A program made the translations under genes and the position numbers. From IMG/VR virus record IMGVR_UViG_3300024272_000051, positions 40,405 through 104,404 of that record: a stretch of 64,000 nt of DNA, one strand, 5' to 3'. Shown here piece after piece: positions 38,961 through 48,717 of the stretch; within the stretch, counting starts at the first letter, position 1; each line of letters starts with the position of its first letter. Source of the DNA: a virus (lineage: Duplodnaviria > Caudoviricetes). The notes under the pieces were generated by a model. That model saw only the letters and a program-made list of their open reading frames with translations. It had not been told where the DNA came from and ran no database searches.

Positions 38961-39434
38961 TCACTTATTAAGCTCCAACCGAATCAAATCGTTAATTCTG
39001 GAGCTTGTATTAATCTCCTTTTGTGCGTTGCCAATTGCTGGCCGAGCAAAACCGCCGCGCCACAATCCCATATTTCCACTTTCCAATAGTTTTAGGAAAG
39101 CACCGGGATATCGATTATGAAAGCTCCAACCCTTTGCGATTGCAGGGGACGCGGTTACTCTGCTTGTGATTATAATTTCATCTCCGGAAATAAATTCATG
39201 ATAGATGTTTCCTTTGCTGTCAAGCAAATGTCTGCGTCGATAGGTGGTGCGGCTTCCATTTTTTGTAACCCAACCATTCTCTTTTGGAGTGTATGCACCA
39301 TAAATATCGCTAACAATATGTTTAAGCACGATTTCTTTAGCAATCGGTGCAATCTTCTTATCTAATATTTGGATGCATTTTTGCTGAGCAGCATTAGTTA
39401 ACTGCTCCCAATTTTCACAGTTCATGCTTGACAC
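38961..39434 (-). CDS. Tail-module protein (HK97 gp10-like neck candidate)
   Basis: VSDIY..YTP...YRR...ARPA pattern; precedes the TMP. Confidence 0.5.
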   Translation of the reverse strand: MSSMNCENWEQLTNAAQQKCIQILDKKIAPIAKEIVLKHIVSDIYGAYTPKENGWVTKNGSRTTYRRRHLLDSKGNIYHEFISGDEIIITSRVTASPAIAKGWSFHNRYPGAFLKLLESGNMGLWRGGFARPAIGNAQKEINTSSRINDLIRLELNK

Positions 39435-39452
39435 AAAAGACCCTCCCGTTAT

Positions 39453-40106
39453 TTACTTTTCTTCACCTGTAGGAAATGGAATTACATTAGTGTTGGTTGT
39501 GGGCGCATCTGAAGCCTGCGTAGTTTTTCCTTGCGCCTCAAACACAGCCTTAACCAACGCCTCTTCAGTCATATTTTTCATGCCACTCAATCCACGCATT
39601 ACATTTCCGATTTCTTCTCCGGAAATGCCGTCAAACATATCGGTAAACTGCTTTGCCAAAACCTCAATGTTGTGAATTAGTTCGTTGGTTTTAATTGCTA
39701 CGGTGCTTTCCAACATCTTTACAGTGTGGTCGATACGAGCATCAATTGCTTCTCTGATTTCATCAAGCTGAGAATGATTAATGTGCTCCATCACTTGTTC
39801 TAATGCCCGTGTTCCGTACAGTAGTGCATACTGTTTTTCAGCACTAGAAGGAAGATTAAAATTGGCATAAGTAGTTAAAATGGATGACTTAATAACAAAC
39901 TCTTTAATTTCAGGGGTATATGATCCAGCCATATCAACACAGGAAGAAACAACATCTTCTACGAACTGCATCATATCCTTTAAGGGAAGCGTTTTGCGAA
40001 TTACAATGTCAACTCCATCAACTCCATCCATAGGGACAACAATGATATTGTCCTGTAAGGTGCTTTCAAGCTTGTTAATAGAAATGCGAACATCTTTCTT
40101 TGCCAT
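39453..40106 (-). CDS. Putative tail assembly chaperone
   Basis: Position between tail tube and TMP; AGGAG RBS. Confidence 0.45.
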   Translation of the reverse strand: MAKKDVRISINKLESTLQDNIIVVPMDGVDGVDIVIRKTLPLKDMMQFVEDVVSSCVDMAGSYTPEIKEFVIKSSILTTYANFNLPSSAEKQYALLYGTRALEQVMEHINHSQLDEIREAIDARIDHTVKMLESTVAIKTNELIHNIEVLAKQFTDMFDGISGEEIGNVMRGLSGMKNMTEEALVKAVFEAQGKTTQASDAPTTNTNVIPFPTGEEK

Positions 40107-40120
40107 AATTAAATTCTCCT

Positions 40121-40678
40121 TTATTTCTGTTTAGCCGACTTTTCGGCCTTCGTGTTTACGATCTCGACCATATTGGTAATATAGTGACCAATACAAATTG
40201 CATCGGCCAGATTATCATTTTCTGTTTCAATACCAAACTGGTCTTTTACAAATTGAATAGATAGGACTTTAGATTCCTTCTTATTAGTTTCATTTATAGA
40301 GAGCACCTGTGATTTGACCTCTTTTGAGTTTCGACCTCGTGCTCGACAAAAGTTTTGCCACTGCGTTGGGGCGATAAAACCATACAAGTATTCGTTCTTT
40401 TCAAAAAAATTTACGAGTACGCCCTGAAGCTGTGCCAGCCTCTTGAATGCCTGGACATTTGCCCGAAGGTTGATGTCCTCAACAAATACTGCGGATATGT
40501 CATATGCTTTCAATACAGTTGAGATTAACTCTTCAATGTGCATAATTGCCTTTGCATATGTATACTTTTTATTATCGAATGAAAATGTGCCATATCCGAC
40601 CAGTTCTTTTTTTTCGTAATCAAATACAGACCAAGCGCCATTTCGTGCTTGGTCTATTGCTAAAATATTCAGACTCAA
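40121..40678 (-). CDS. RuvC-like Holliday junction resolvase
   Basis: ILAIDQ, VFVED, LAQLQG, PTQW, DNLADAICIG. Confidence 0.8.
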   Translation of the reverse strand: MSLNILAIDQARNGAWSVFDYEKKELVGYGTFSFDNKKYTYAKAIMHIEELISTVLKAYDISAVFVEDINLRANVQAFKRLAQLQGVLVNFFEKNEYLYGFIAPTQWQNFCRARGRNSKEVKSQVLSINETNKKESKVLSIQFVKDQFGIETENDNLADAICIGHYITNMVEIVNTKAEKSAKQK

Positions 40679-40774
40679 TCACCATCCGTAAAAAAAGAAA
40701 AGGGAGGGGAGAACTATAGTTTTTCTCCGCCTCCCCATATTAATTTGAGATGATAATCTCCTTAGATAAAACGC

Positions 40775-41038
40775 CTATTCAGATACCTTAGTGGTATTTT
40801 CTACAATGGCATCCTGTGCTACAGGAATATTCTTAGAAACAGTTGTCTTTGCCTTTTTCTTAGCCTTTGGTTCTTCAGATGTGCTTCTTGAAGCTATTAT
40901 TCTTTCAAGATAAACGGCGCCGCATTCTGGAGAACACGCCACCTCACGCCAGTTAAAGGTGCTGCTTCCGGTTCTGACGCTATTACATGCATCGTAAGTA
41001 GTTCCACATACTCGGCAAGTTTTTGTCTGCTTCGACAT
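40775..41038 (-). CDS. Small Cys-rich protein
   Basis: CRVCG...C...WREVACSPECG. Confidence 0.7.
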   Translation of the reverse strand: MSKQTKTCRVCGTTYDACNSVRTGSSTFNWREVACSPECGAVYLERIIASRSTSEEPKAKKKAKTTVSKNIPVAQDAIVENTTKVSE

Positions 41039-41054
41039 CTAAATCACCTCTTAA

Positions 41055-41852
41055 TTACGCAGCATCCGTTGCATTTTCTCCAAAGATGGTATAAGTCCAC
41101 AGAGCGCCGCTGGTGCCGCAAGCACCTGCCAGAGAACGAGCCTCGAAGGCGTGAACGCTCTGACTGTCGCCCATCTGGATGTCGAAATTGCCGTTAAAAT
41201 CAGCCTTGGGAATATGGAACTGCACGCGATACACATTGCCACACTTGTCTTCGGCAAAGGCGTCGATATACAGAGCGACCTTCTCGGAATAATTGTCGGA
41301 GAGGTTTTCCAGAACATCCGCCTGAATCTTGCGGAAGTAGTACACTGCAATCTCGGTACCATCTGCAATTTTACCCTCTGCAAAGGTCAGCTTCTTGCTA
41401 GTTGCGTCATATGTAAAGGTGTCATCAGCTGCAGTAGCGTCCTGGGTCAGAATTTTACCCAGAGTACCATTAGCATTGCGCACATAGACAGCTTCAATCT
41501 CATTGCCGGCAGTGCCAGTGGCCTTGTAAGTTGTGGTTGCAGAATTACCGGAAACGGTAATGTAGTCGGGATACATAACGGAAGTTGCTTTGTTTTCAAA
41601 CTCCTTACCAACCTGAGTAGACAGCAGACCGCCAGAAATCAGGCCATTGTTGCCACTAACAGTAACAGCCTTATTGCGCTTCAGCGTATTCAGCAAACGA
41701 CCCTGCTTACCGGTAATATCAGTGGTTTCCTGAGTGTTTGCGATAGTTGCGTTCTGCAGCTCGTCGAGAACCCACTTAAATGCGCCAGTAACAATGTCAA
41801 ACGCAGAAATGGTCTCAAGACTGGTAATGGTAATATCGTTAACATTAACCAT
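41055..41852 (-). CDS. Major tail tube protein
   Basis: Strong codon bias, GGAGG RBS, position, beta-rich composition. Confidence 0.75.
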   Translation of the reverse strand: MVNVNDITITSLETISAFDIVTGAFKWVLDELQNATIANTQETTDITGKQGRLLNTLKRNKAVTVSGNNGLISGGLLSTQVGKEFENKATSVMYPDYITVSGNSATTTYKATGTAGNEIEAVYVRNANGTLGKILTQDATAADDTFTYDATSKKLTFAEGKIADGTEIAVYYFRKIQADVLENLSDNYSEKVALYIDAFAEDKCGNVYRVQFHIPKADFNGNFDIQMGDSQSVHAFEARSLAGACGTSGALWTYTIFGENATDAA

Positions 41853-41865
41853 TGTTTTCATCCTC

Positions 41866-42579
41866 CTATTTTGATGTTAGCCAGTTCAGTTGATCCTGAC
41901 TTATTTCTTTCATATTGATCGTGCCCGCATAACAGCCAATCATGATATCGTCATAGTTAACTTTCTTGATGATTTGATAAACGCTGGCATTGAACTGATA
42001 TATCGTAAGACTAAGAGTTTCTTCGTATCCATACTTGTAATGCTCTGTGTTTACCATCGCAACAATTAAATCCTCTAACTGAGATACCCATGGTTTTCTT
42101 GAAGCTCTGAGTTGCTTAATTTTTGCGCGCTCAATCATGTATTTTTTGGCCTCTTCGTTGGCCGGTTTTCGATCATTTTTTTCAAGGTGGTTGATCTTTC
42201 GTATCACCCTGCAAATCTGGTCGTGAATTGCTCTGTCGATTGTAATATCATTGTCTTCATCCCTCAGAACAATTGTTCCGTTTTGAGTGTTGACGGCAAC
42301 CTTAAATTTTGAGAGATCGAGGTCGCCAAACACAAGGTGAGTGTCGACAGATTTCAATCCATCAAACAACATTACAAACATGTCAAACGCAGAAATTTTA
42401 GAAAAATCGATTTTGGCTTCATCAAGTTGTACCATGAAATCAGATGGCGTTGCTGTTACGGCCATTATTAAGTTGTAATATGCGCGCTCATCTTCTAAAA
42501 TTTCCCCGACAGTTGGGATAGCAATAGAGATTTTATCGTTTACAGGGTAGTCGCGAGCATAAAGATATCCTTTAGCCAC
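41866..42579 (-). CDS. Tail/neck-associated protein
   Basis: Position in structural operon; LTIYQF. Confidence 0.5.
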   Translation of the reverse strand: MAKGYLYARDYPVNDKISIAIPTVGEILEDERAYYNLIMAVTATPSDFMVQLDEAKIDFSKISAFDMFVMLFDGLKSVDTHLVFGDLDLSKFKVAVNTQNGTIVLRDEDNDITIDRAIHDQICRVIRKINHLEKNDRKPANEEAKKYMIERAKIKQLRASRKPWVSQLEDLIVAMVNTEHYKYGYEETLSLTIYQFNASVYQIIKKVNYDDIMIGCYAGTINMKEISQDQLNWLTSK

Positions 42580-43084
42580 GCTGCTTCCTGTTTGCCGGAG
42601 GCTTCTTGGTTGAATTTAGACGATTAAAGTCCTTGGCATAATAAGTCAGAACTCTTCCTTGATAGTCTGTAATTGGAGAAAACCTACTCACTGAGTACAG
42701 ATCCAGTTCACCTAAACCAAAATATCTGCTCCCGTTTAATTCTTTATTAATCTCAACTGCAATTTGATCTGTTCGAATGCCACCTTCACTCAAACGCATC
42801 TTGCTTTTATGTGTGAAAATCCACACATACAGAACAGGGACATAATATGTCTTGTCCACAACTTCTGCGATATCAACATCAAAGCAAATAAAAGTTGTGC
42901 CGTCATCCACTGTTTCCGGCACAAATTCAAAGGGGTAAATCTGGGTGTATGCAAGATTGTAATTTGGAACAGGCGCTTTTTTGCTGTCTGTAACCAACCG
43001 AACAATTTCAGAATTACAACAAAGCATCTTCATTAGTTCGTTTTTATAATCAAAGAATTCATCGAGAAACATTATTACAACCAC
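42572..43084 (-). CDS. Putative tail terminator
   Basis: Position; RTDQIA...LNG...GLG. Confidence 0.5.
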   Translation of the reverse strand: MVVIMFLDEFFDYKNELMKMLCCNSEIVRLVTDSKKAPVPNYNLAYTQIYPFEFVPETVDDGTTFICFDVDIAEVVDKTYYVPVLYVWIFTHKSKMRLSEGGIRTDQIAVEINKELNGSRYFGLGELDLYSVSRFSPITDYQGRVLTYYAKDFNRLNSTKKPPANRKQRG

Positions 43085-43914
43085 ACCTTTCTGTTATCAA
43101 TCGTTGTGGACATGTTTTCTTGACGTTCCTTTGCATCAGAAACGATTTGTTCCAATGAGGCGTTTGTCTGATTGTCTGGAATATGTTTGTCTGTTTTTGG
43201 CGCCCAATTGTAGTAGTCCGCAATACGAAGCTCCACATTGTCATCGTCAGTTACATTAACCTCATTTAAAATAAATCGGAAAACGCCTTTCCCGTTATAG
43301 ACATTGTAAAGCTTGTTAGGCTTTGTAATTTGATAAGCCAGAACTTCCGCTGAATCCATATCGTCAATCAAAAAACGCCGACCACGATTGAGCTTGCAAG
43401 TGTCTTCATCTTTACCAATTGTGACAGCAATTCTGGCATCGCCGATTGCCATCATATCGCTTTGTTTTTCACCAATTAGATACTTAGTACCATCCTCTAC
43501 AACAGACCAGCGACAAACCAAATTACCATTGTCATCAATCCATTTGAGATAGTAGTTACATCTACGCATTTTACCCTCGGTATATAATTCTTTATGGGCA
43601 TTCACTTCTGTAATAAGCCAAGTGGAATCTGCCCACAATACCAATGCCCCGTGTGGAAGCTCCTCTCCAGGGAGCGAAAAAATCTTTTTTGTATTAAAGT
43701 CGTCTGCTACATCAGTGATTGCAACTTCTTGATCCTTGTTTGCTATCGAAACTCTTTTATATGACAATGAAGAAACGAGTTTGCGGAGCAATCGACTTTG
43801 AGTGTGATTATATGTAGAATCTCTTTGAGGATCATTTTCTGAAGATCCGGACACTCCGAGTCTTGCTTCATAAGTGCTCCAACCACACATATGGATCACA
43901 CTCCTTTTCCACAA
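43075..43914 (-). CDS. Putative head closure / head-tail joining protein
   Basis: Position; CNYYLKW, ELRIADYY. Confidence 0.5.
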   Translation of the reverse strand: MWKRSVIHMCGWSTYEARLGVSGSSENDPQRDSTYNHTQSRLLRKLVSSLSYKRVSIANKDQEVAITDVADDFNTKKIFSLPGEELPHGALVLWADSTWLITEVNAHKELYTEGKMRRCNYYLKWIDDNGNLVCRWSVVEDGTKYLIGEKQSDMMAIGDARIAVTIGKDEDTCKLNRGRRFLIDDMDSAEVLAYQITKPNKLYNVYNGKGVFRFILNEVNVTDDDNVELRIADYYNWAPKTDKHIPDNQTNASLEQIVSDAKERQENMSTTIDNRKVWL

Positions 43915-44225
43915 TATTTCATTTGCAGTTTTTTACAGATAGAAATTGCCTTAAACACCTCTCGCTTTACGATTGGAGTATCACAGTCGGTTTCAATTAA
44001 ATACTGTAGAATAGAAAGTAGGCTCATATACATAGAATCATTATTGAGATCGACCATCAACCCTTTGCATCCAAGGAGTTCTGCCTGCAGGCTGCACATA
44101 AATTCTTTCAAAGAGGGTTCTCCACTCTCTTTGATAGGAAGAATTTTAAAAAATTGATTTACAAGCCCAGATAAATAGTTGCCAACCATTTCTGTTGGAA
44201 TATCATAGTTGTTTACTGTCTTCAT
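43896..44225 (-). CDS. Hypothetical head-tail protein
   Basis: FFKILP..E; VKREVFKAI. Confidence 0.55.
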   Translation of the reverse strand: MKTVNNYDIPTEMVGNYLSGLVNQFFKILPIKESGEPSLKEFMCSLQAELLGCKGLMVDLNNDSMYMSLLSILQYLIETDCDTPIVKREVFKAISICKKLQMKYCGKGV

Positions 44226-44668
44226 AAGGATAAATCACCCAGGTCTCCGTGATTATAGGAATAATCCTTAATCATGTTTTTAAAATCTCTCTTTGCTGCG
44301 GTATACGCATTTGTAATGCGATACAACAGCTCAGCAGGGGAGTACTGGGAAAAATCAGCCGTATTGAGCACATTTTCCAGATTGTCAGCGCGATAGAAAT
44401 ATGGCTTCATCCACTGAACAAGCATACCTTCTGAGACAATATCTACAATTTCATCTATTTCATCCTCTGGAATTGTAGCTATTAGTTCGCGCAGAACATC
44501 GTCACCATTTATAAGATCATACTTACATATGCGGTTAAACTGAGCGCAAGCTCTTTTCATATATCCGTCAACAGTACTATTCCGATCATAGTCATCAAAT
44601 CTAAGAAAATCATACTCAGTTACCTTATCGAGAAAGGCGTCTCTGAACAAATTGTAAGAGATGCTCAT
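44222..44668 (-). CDS. Putative head-tail adaptor
   Basis: FLDKVTEYD...MLVQW...DFSQYSPA. Confidence 0.55.
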   Translation of the reverse strand: MSISYNLFRDAFLDKVTEYDFLRFDDYDRNSTVDGYMKRACAQFNRICKYDLINGDDVLRELIATIPEDEIDEIVDIVSEGMLVQWMKPYFYRADNLENVLNTADFSQYSPAELLYRITNAYTAAKRDFKNMIKDYSYNHGDLGDLSL

Positions 44669-44680
44669 AACACACCTCCA

Positions 44681-45271
44681 TTAATGTTCAATCAATTCCA
44701 CAGATAGACTTTTTTCCAGAGCAGCAATCACCTTGATGGAATCAATAGTCCCATCTGCGATGAGCTGTCTTGCACGAAATGCAACCGACTTTTTCTGGCC
44801 GTCAGACAATCCATTAACTGTCTTTTCGATTTCTGCCGGGCTCTTTTCGAACAACTTATCAAAAGAAGCGGAATTCAAAGCATATTTGTAGTACTGCCCC
44901 ATCCCAAGCCATTCAACAATTGCTGGATCATCAAACAAGAACCAGTTATTTACAAAGAATGTCTTATAAGAATTCTTTGCTGCTTTTAGTTCAGACAGTT
45001 CAATTTCCTGTTCATCGCCGAAATCTTCCCAGACAAAACGCTCTCCAGTTTTCTTACTCTTATAAACAAGCGTTCCGTTGAAGCCGTTCTTTACTGTTAC
45101 ATACATGCTTGGGTCGAGAGACTCCTTTACCTTGTATGATTTCTTTTTATCTGAAACGGTTTCGACTGTCTGTTCAACAGCTTCGATTTCAGATGCTTCT
45201 GATGCGCCAAAAGTTGCTGCAGTCTTTCGTGCTTTAGTACTTGTAGTAGCCATAATATATAGTCCTTTCAT
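44681..45271 (-). CDS. Hypothetical protein following the capsid gene
   Basis: Position; IDSIKVIAALE. Confidence 0.55.
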   Translation of the reverse strand: MKGLYIMATTSTKARKTAATFGASEASEIEAVEQTVETVSDKKKSYKVKESLDPSMYVTVKNGFNGTLVYKSKKTGERFVWEDFGDEQEIELSELKAAKNSYKTFFVNNWFLFDDPAIVEWLGMGQYYKYALNSASFDKLFEKSPAEIEKTVNGLSDGQKKSVAFRARQLIADGTIDSIKVIAALEKSLSVELIEH

Positions 45272-45280
45272 TCATAGTAA

Positions 45281-45316
45281 GTGGCAGCCCCACAACGGAG
45301 CTGCCACAAAAAATAT
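45281..45316 (-). terminator. Terminator-like hairpin after the major capsid gene
   Basis: GTGGCAGC...GCTGCCAC stem. Confidence 0.5.
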
Positions 45317-45320
45317 TTAG

Positions 45321-46334
45321 TTACGCAATTTCGTAACGACCGATGCCCGCATTGCCGCCGGCCAGAACGATGCCCATGCCGTACTTTTCGCCATACAGGT
45401 ATTCCTGAGTGAAGTCACGGTTCTGAGTGGGGTCGCCAAGCAGGACGGTGGACTGACCTTCATAGACAACCTTGATAGGCTTGTCATCGCCAGCGATAAC
45501 AGTCAGTACATTGTCGGGGAAGATAAACTCAACAGAGTTTACCTTATGACGCTGAGGAGTCACAACAACAGGAGTTCCATAGAACTTGCCGTAGTAGCCC
45601 ATGTTGTGCAGTTCGTCCTTAGCACCATCGGACTGAATGGATTCCTTCAGGTTGCGAATTGCCTTCTTGGTACCAATAATGGTGGCAGGCTTGCCGCCGG
45701 CAGCAGCTTCGACATGAGCGATCAGGTCAAGCAGTGTATCTTCATCGTATGCACCAGCCGCAGGGAAGTAAGTAGCACCACCAAAGTCATCGGCAGTTGC
45801 AGTGCTCCACAGAGCATAAGCATCGTCCAGCAGCTTCTTGCGGAAGGACTCTGCGACCTTGTTAATGAAGTAGTTAAAGTCAACTTGACCGGACAGAACA
45901 CGGTTCAGCTCCTCATAGATACGCACAACCTTGAAGGAAGTGGGAATAGAGGTTTCGCTGACGCCGCCCAGTCTCTGACGACGGATGCCCTGAGTACCAT
46001 CAGCAGCATCGGAGACCACAAACAGATCGCAGTCCTCGACTTTAAAGATATTCTTGTCGCCAAGAGCGATGTTACGGAAGTCAATCAGAGCGTTAAAGTA
46101 TTCGTCGCCCTGGAAACCTTCGACGATGGTCCGAGTCAGAATCTCTTCGACTAGAGTAAACAGACCGGCGCACTTACCGTCGCGGATATCTTTGTAATTT
46201 AGAGTAGTGGAGCCGTTATTTGCAGCCACCAGTGCCTGGCGCAGTGTGTCCATAGACTCACTGACACTATACTTGGTAGGAGTGCCATGATAAGCATCAA
46301 TAGCAACTCTGACAATTTCATTCATATCAGCCAT
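45321..46334 (-). CDS. Major capsid protein
   Basis: 337 aa with strong codon bias; follows scaffold and decoration genes; AGGAGG RBS. Confidence 0.85.
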   Translation of the reverse strand: MADMNEIVRVAIDAYHGTPTKYSVSESMDTLRQALVAANNGSTTLNYKDIRDGKCAGLFTLVEEILTRTIVEGFQGDEYFNALIDFRNIALGDKNIFKVEDCDLFVVSDAADGTQGIRRQRLGGVSETSIPTSFKVVRIYEELNRVLSGQVDFNYFINKVAESFRKKLLDDAYALWSTATADDFGGATYFPAAGAYDEDTLLDLIAHVEAAAGGKPATIIGTKKAIRNLKESIQSDGAKDELHNMGYYGKFYGTPVVVTPQRHKVNSVEFIFPDNVLTVIAGDDKPIKVVYEGQSTVLLGDPTQNRDFTQEYLYGEKYGMGIVLAGGNAGIGRYEIA

Positions 46335-46364
46335 TGTAATTTTCCTCCTTTATCAGATTTTTAC

Positions 46365-46862
46365 TTAAGCTTCAGTGTTGCCAACCTTGACAACATAGTA
46401 GGTATAGCGACCTGCGGGTTCGACTGCCATAATGGTGCCAAGACCGGTACCAGCAGCGTCAATCTTGCCACCTTCACCGATACCAACTTTTGCGTTCTTA
46501 TCGGCAACTACGCCACCAACAAAGCCTTCCTTGGTGACGGAATACATATTGCGGCTGCGAGGAATATAACCACGGCAGATAGAACCTGGTTCGTTAATAA
46601 ACTCGTCCAGATTCTTTTTGCGCTCATCGTACATAACCTCAACGGTGCCAATGATGGCACAATCAGACAGCTTGCTAGAAGCGGTTGCCAGAACGGCCTT
46701 CATCACTTCGCGCTCGCCCTCTTCGTAGCCTTGCAGCTCAACGATGGTGCCGTTTTCAACGGCGATTGCATTGCCTTCAGCGTCATAAACGCGGCAAGAA
46801 ACCAGATCAGCAGCCACATCGGTGCCACTGAGCAGGTCAGATCTAAACACGGTATAAGCCAT
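46365..46862 (-). CDS. Capsid decoration protein
   Basis: VENGTIV...LDEFIN; lies between scaffold and capsid genes. Confidence 0.6.
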   Translation of the reverse strand: MAYTVFRSDLLSGTDVAADLVSCRVYDAEGNAIAVENGTIVELQGYEEGEREVMKAVLATASSKLSDCAIIGTVEVMYDERKKNLDEFINEPGSICRGYIPRSRNMYSVTKEGFVGGVVADKNAKVGIGEGGKIDAAGTGLGTIMAVEPAGRYTYYVVKVGNTEA

Positions 46863-46882
46863 AACTTTATCCTCCTTAAAAA

Positions 46883-48457
46883 TTATCGGTTGGGCGGAAA
46901 TTCAACGAACAATCCGCCGTAAGGCTCGCCTGCGAGCTTGTTCTTTTCAACAGGTAGGCGAGGTGACTTCTGCTTCTGAGCAGAGAAAGTGTGTGCTGTA
47001 TTGCGTCCACGAATTGCGAAGCACTTGTCCTCAAGCTCCTCAATAGAAAGCTCAGAACAATTACTCTTCAAATCCTCAAAAGCTTCAATGCCATTCAGGT
47101 CTGTAAACATAGCAAAAACTGCGTCCTCATCAGCAGTACGCTTGTTGTCAAGCTGTTCCTGCTTATACTGGCGCAGTTCTTCAAGTTCTGTGTTCATATT
47201 ATTAATTGTGTCGGAGGCGGCATTGTATTTTTCCTCCAACTCGGTTTTTGCGGCTTCAAATTCAGCATTAAGTTCTGAAGCCTTAGCAGATACGGAAGCT
47301 TCTACAACAACATCAAACATTGCTTTATAAGACTGCTCGGTGTCGCCCTCATCGAAGTCTACGATGGAGAACTTTTTGCGCTTCTTAGACTCAAAGTCAA
47401 TCACAACGTTGTCGCCATTCATAGAGTAATGGAAACCATACAGCTTCCAGTCTTCCAGATCATAGCAGAATACTTCCATAGCATCGGAGTCATAGTCGCA
47501 ATACATATAACGACACATTTCGCCCCATTCGGTTTTCACCTTTTCTGCACACAGTGCGCCAAGCAATTCGTCTCTAAACTGCTCGCCGGACAGTGCAAAC
47601 TGATCATTAGTGTCCTTGCTGGGGTCGTCCCCAACAGGCTCATCAGGATGATTGTTATTGAAACGTGTATTTAATTCGGCCTCAAGGTCTTCCACAGACA
47701 TTGCTTCAATATCAAAATCAAGCTGATCTACACTTAGACCAAACTTGGTAAGCAACTCCATCTTCTGTTCCAAGTGCTCTTCTCCTCCTTCCATCAGAAT
47801 TTGTGGGTGTATGTCAACCTCAAGTGAGGCATTGACCTTTTTAAAATTGTTTTTGAACTCTTCCATCATTTCTGCATATCTTTCCTTGAAAGTATCCAGG
47901 CCAAACATGGCGAGACTGGCGGATTCATAACAGGGTTCTGCGGCTTCAAGTAGGCAGAAAGCCAGAAACTCAAATGAGTCAATAACATAGATACCGTCTT
48001 CCATGCGACCACTTTTTACGCGGATCTCCATAGACTCATCGGTTATTACATTGTTTTTGATTTTTTCATAGGCTTCTTGGCGTTTCCAAATGAGGGCTTC
48101 AATGCATAAATACTCATGTGTGCCACTATCATCTTCGAAGTATTCCCACCAGTATTTAGCGCTTTCGGGAATTACGCCGACTGGTTGAGTAATATTAACG
48201 ATTCTCGCAGAGCCATCTTTCATTACAACTTCAACGTCATGGCTACCAATCTCGTCGCGCTCTCGGTTGTAGTTGCAAACAATTGGGCAGTTATAGATCG
48301 TACTCATACTTCGCTCAAAAGCATCTTTGGAGATGCTTGAACCATTTCGGTTGTTTCCAACATAAGCGACTTTAAGCACTCCTGCATCAAATGAACTATT
48401 AACCTCGCACAGTTGCTCGACAGAAGAGCTGTATGTAATTTTCATATGTTCGTGCAA
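46883..48457 (-). CDS. Prohead protease/scaffold fusion
   Basis: GNNRNGS, HD, ESMEI, FCLL, EPCYESA; acidic coiled-coil C-terminus. Confidence 0.75.
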   Translation of the reverse strand: MHEHMKITYSSSVEQLCEVNSSFDAGVLKVAYVGNNRNGSSISKDAFERSMSTIYNCPIVCNYNRERDEIGSHDVEVVMKDGSARIVNITQPVGVIPESAKYWWEYFEDDSGTHEYLCIEALIWKRQEAYEKIKNNVITDESMEIRVKSGRMEDGIYVIDSFEFLAFCLLEAAEPCYESASLAMFGLDTFKERYAEMMEEFKNNFKKVNASLEVDIHPQILMEGGEEHLEQKMELLTKFGLSVDQLDFDIEAMSVEDLEAELNTRFNNNHPDEPVGDDPSKDTNDQFALSGEQFRDELLGALCAEKVKTEWGEMCRYMYCDYDSDAMEVFCYDLEDWKLYGFHYSMNGDNVVIDFESKKRKKFSIVDFDEGDTEQSYKAMFDVVVEASVSAKASELNAEFEAAKTELEEKYNAASDTINNMNTELEELRQYKQEQLDNKRTADEDAVFAMFTDLNGIEAFEDLKSNCSELSIEELEDKCFAIRGRNTAHTFSAQKQKSPRLPVEKNKLAGEPYGGLFVEFPPNR

Positions 48458-48510
48458 TTACATCACCGCCTCTTCGAAAATATAGTTAGAGGTGGGATGT
48501 AATTCCCACC

Positions 48511-48702
48511 TCAGAATGTAAGCGTATCTGACAAAATAAATGAAATCCCAGCATTGGAGATCTCATCTTCGGACGCAAATGTAGCCACATCTTTGTTTTC
48601 AAATACCCACATGTGGTTACGCACATCCTCCTTGATCAACGAATATCCCATCGCGACCAGCTTGTCTTTGTCTTCTTCCTTCATTACATAAATGAAACGC
48701 AT
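48511..48702 (-). CDS. Small hypothetical protein
   Basis: AGGAGG RBS; between portal and protease. Confidence 0.65.
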   Translation of the reverse strand: MRFIYVMKEEDKDKLVAMGYSLIKEDVRNHMWVFENKDVATFASEDEISNAGISFILSDTLTF

Positions 48703-48717
48703 AATTGTTTCCTCCTT

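Noticed and set aside
38961-40106. Programmed frameshift in tail chaperone genes
   Set aside because: No convincing slippery heptamer at the end of 39453-40106, and the next gene has its own GGGAGG RBS.
40121-40678. TnpB/Cas12-like nuclease
   Set aside because: Only 185 aa with a contiguous RuvC fold; no Zn finger, REC region or transposon ends.
41151-46922. Long + strand ORFs (41151-41918, 45546-46154, 46287-46922)
   Set aside because: Antisense shadows of strongly codon-biased tail tube, capsid and decoration genes; no RBS or recognisable motifs.
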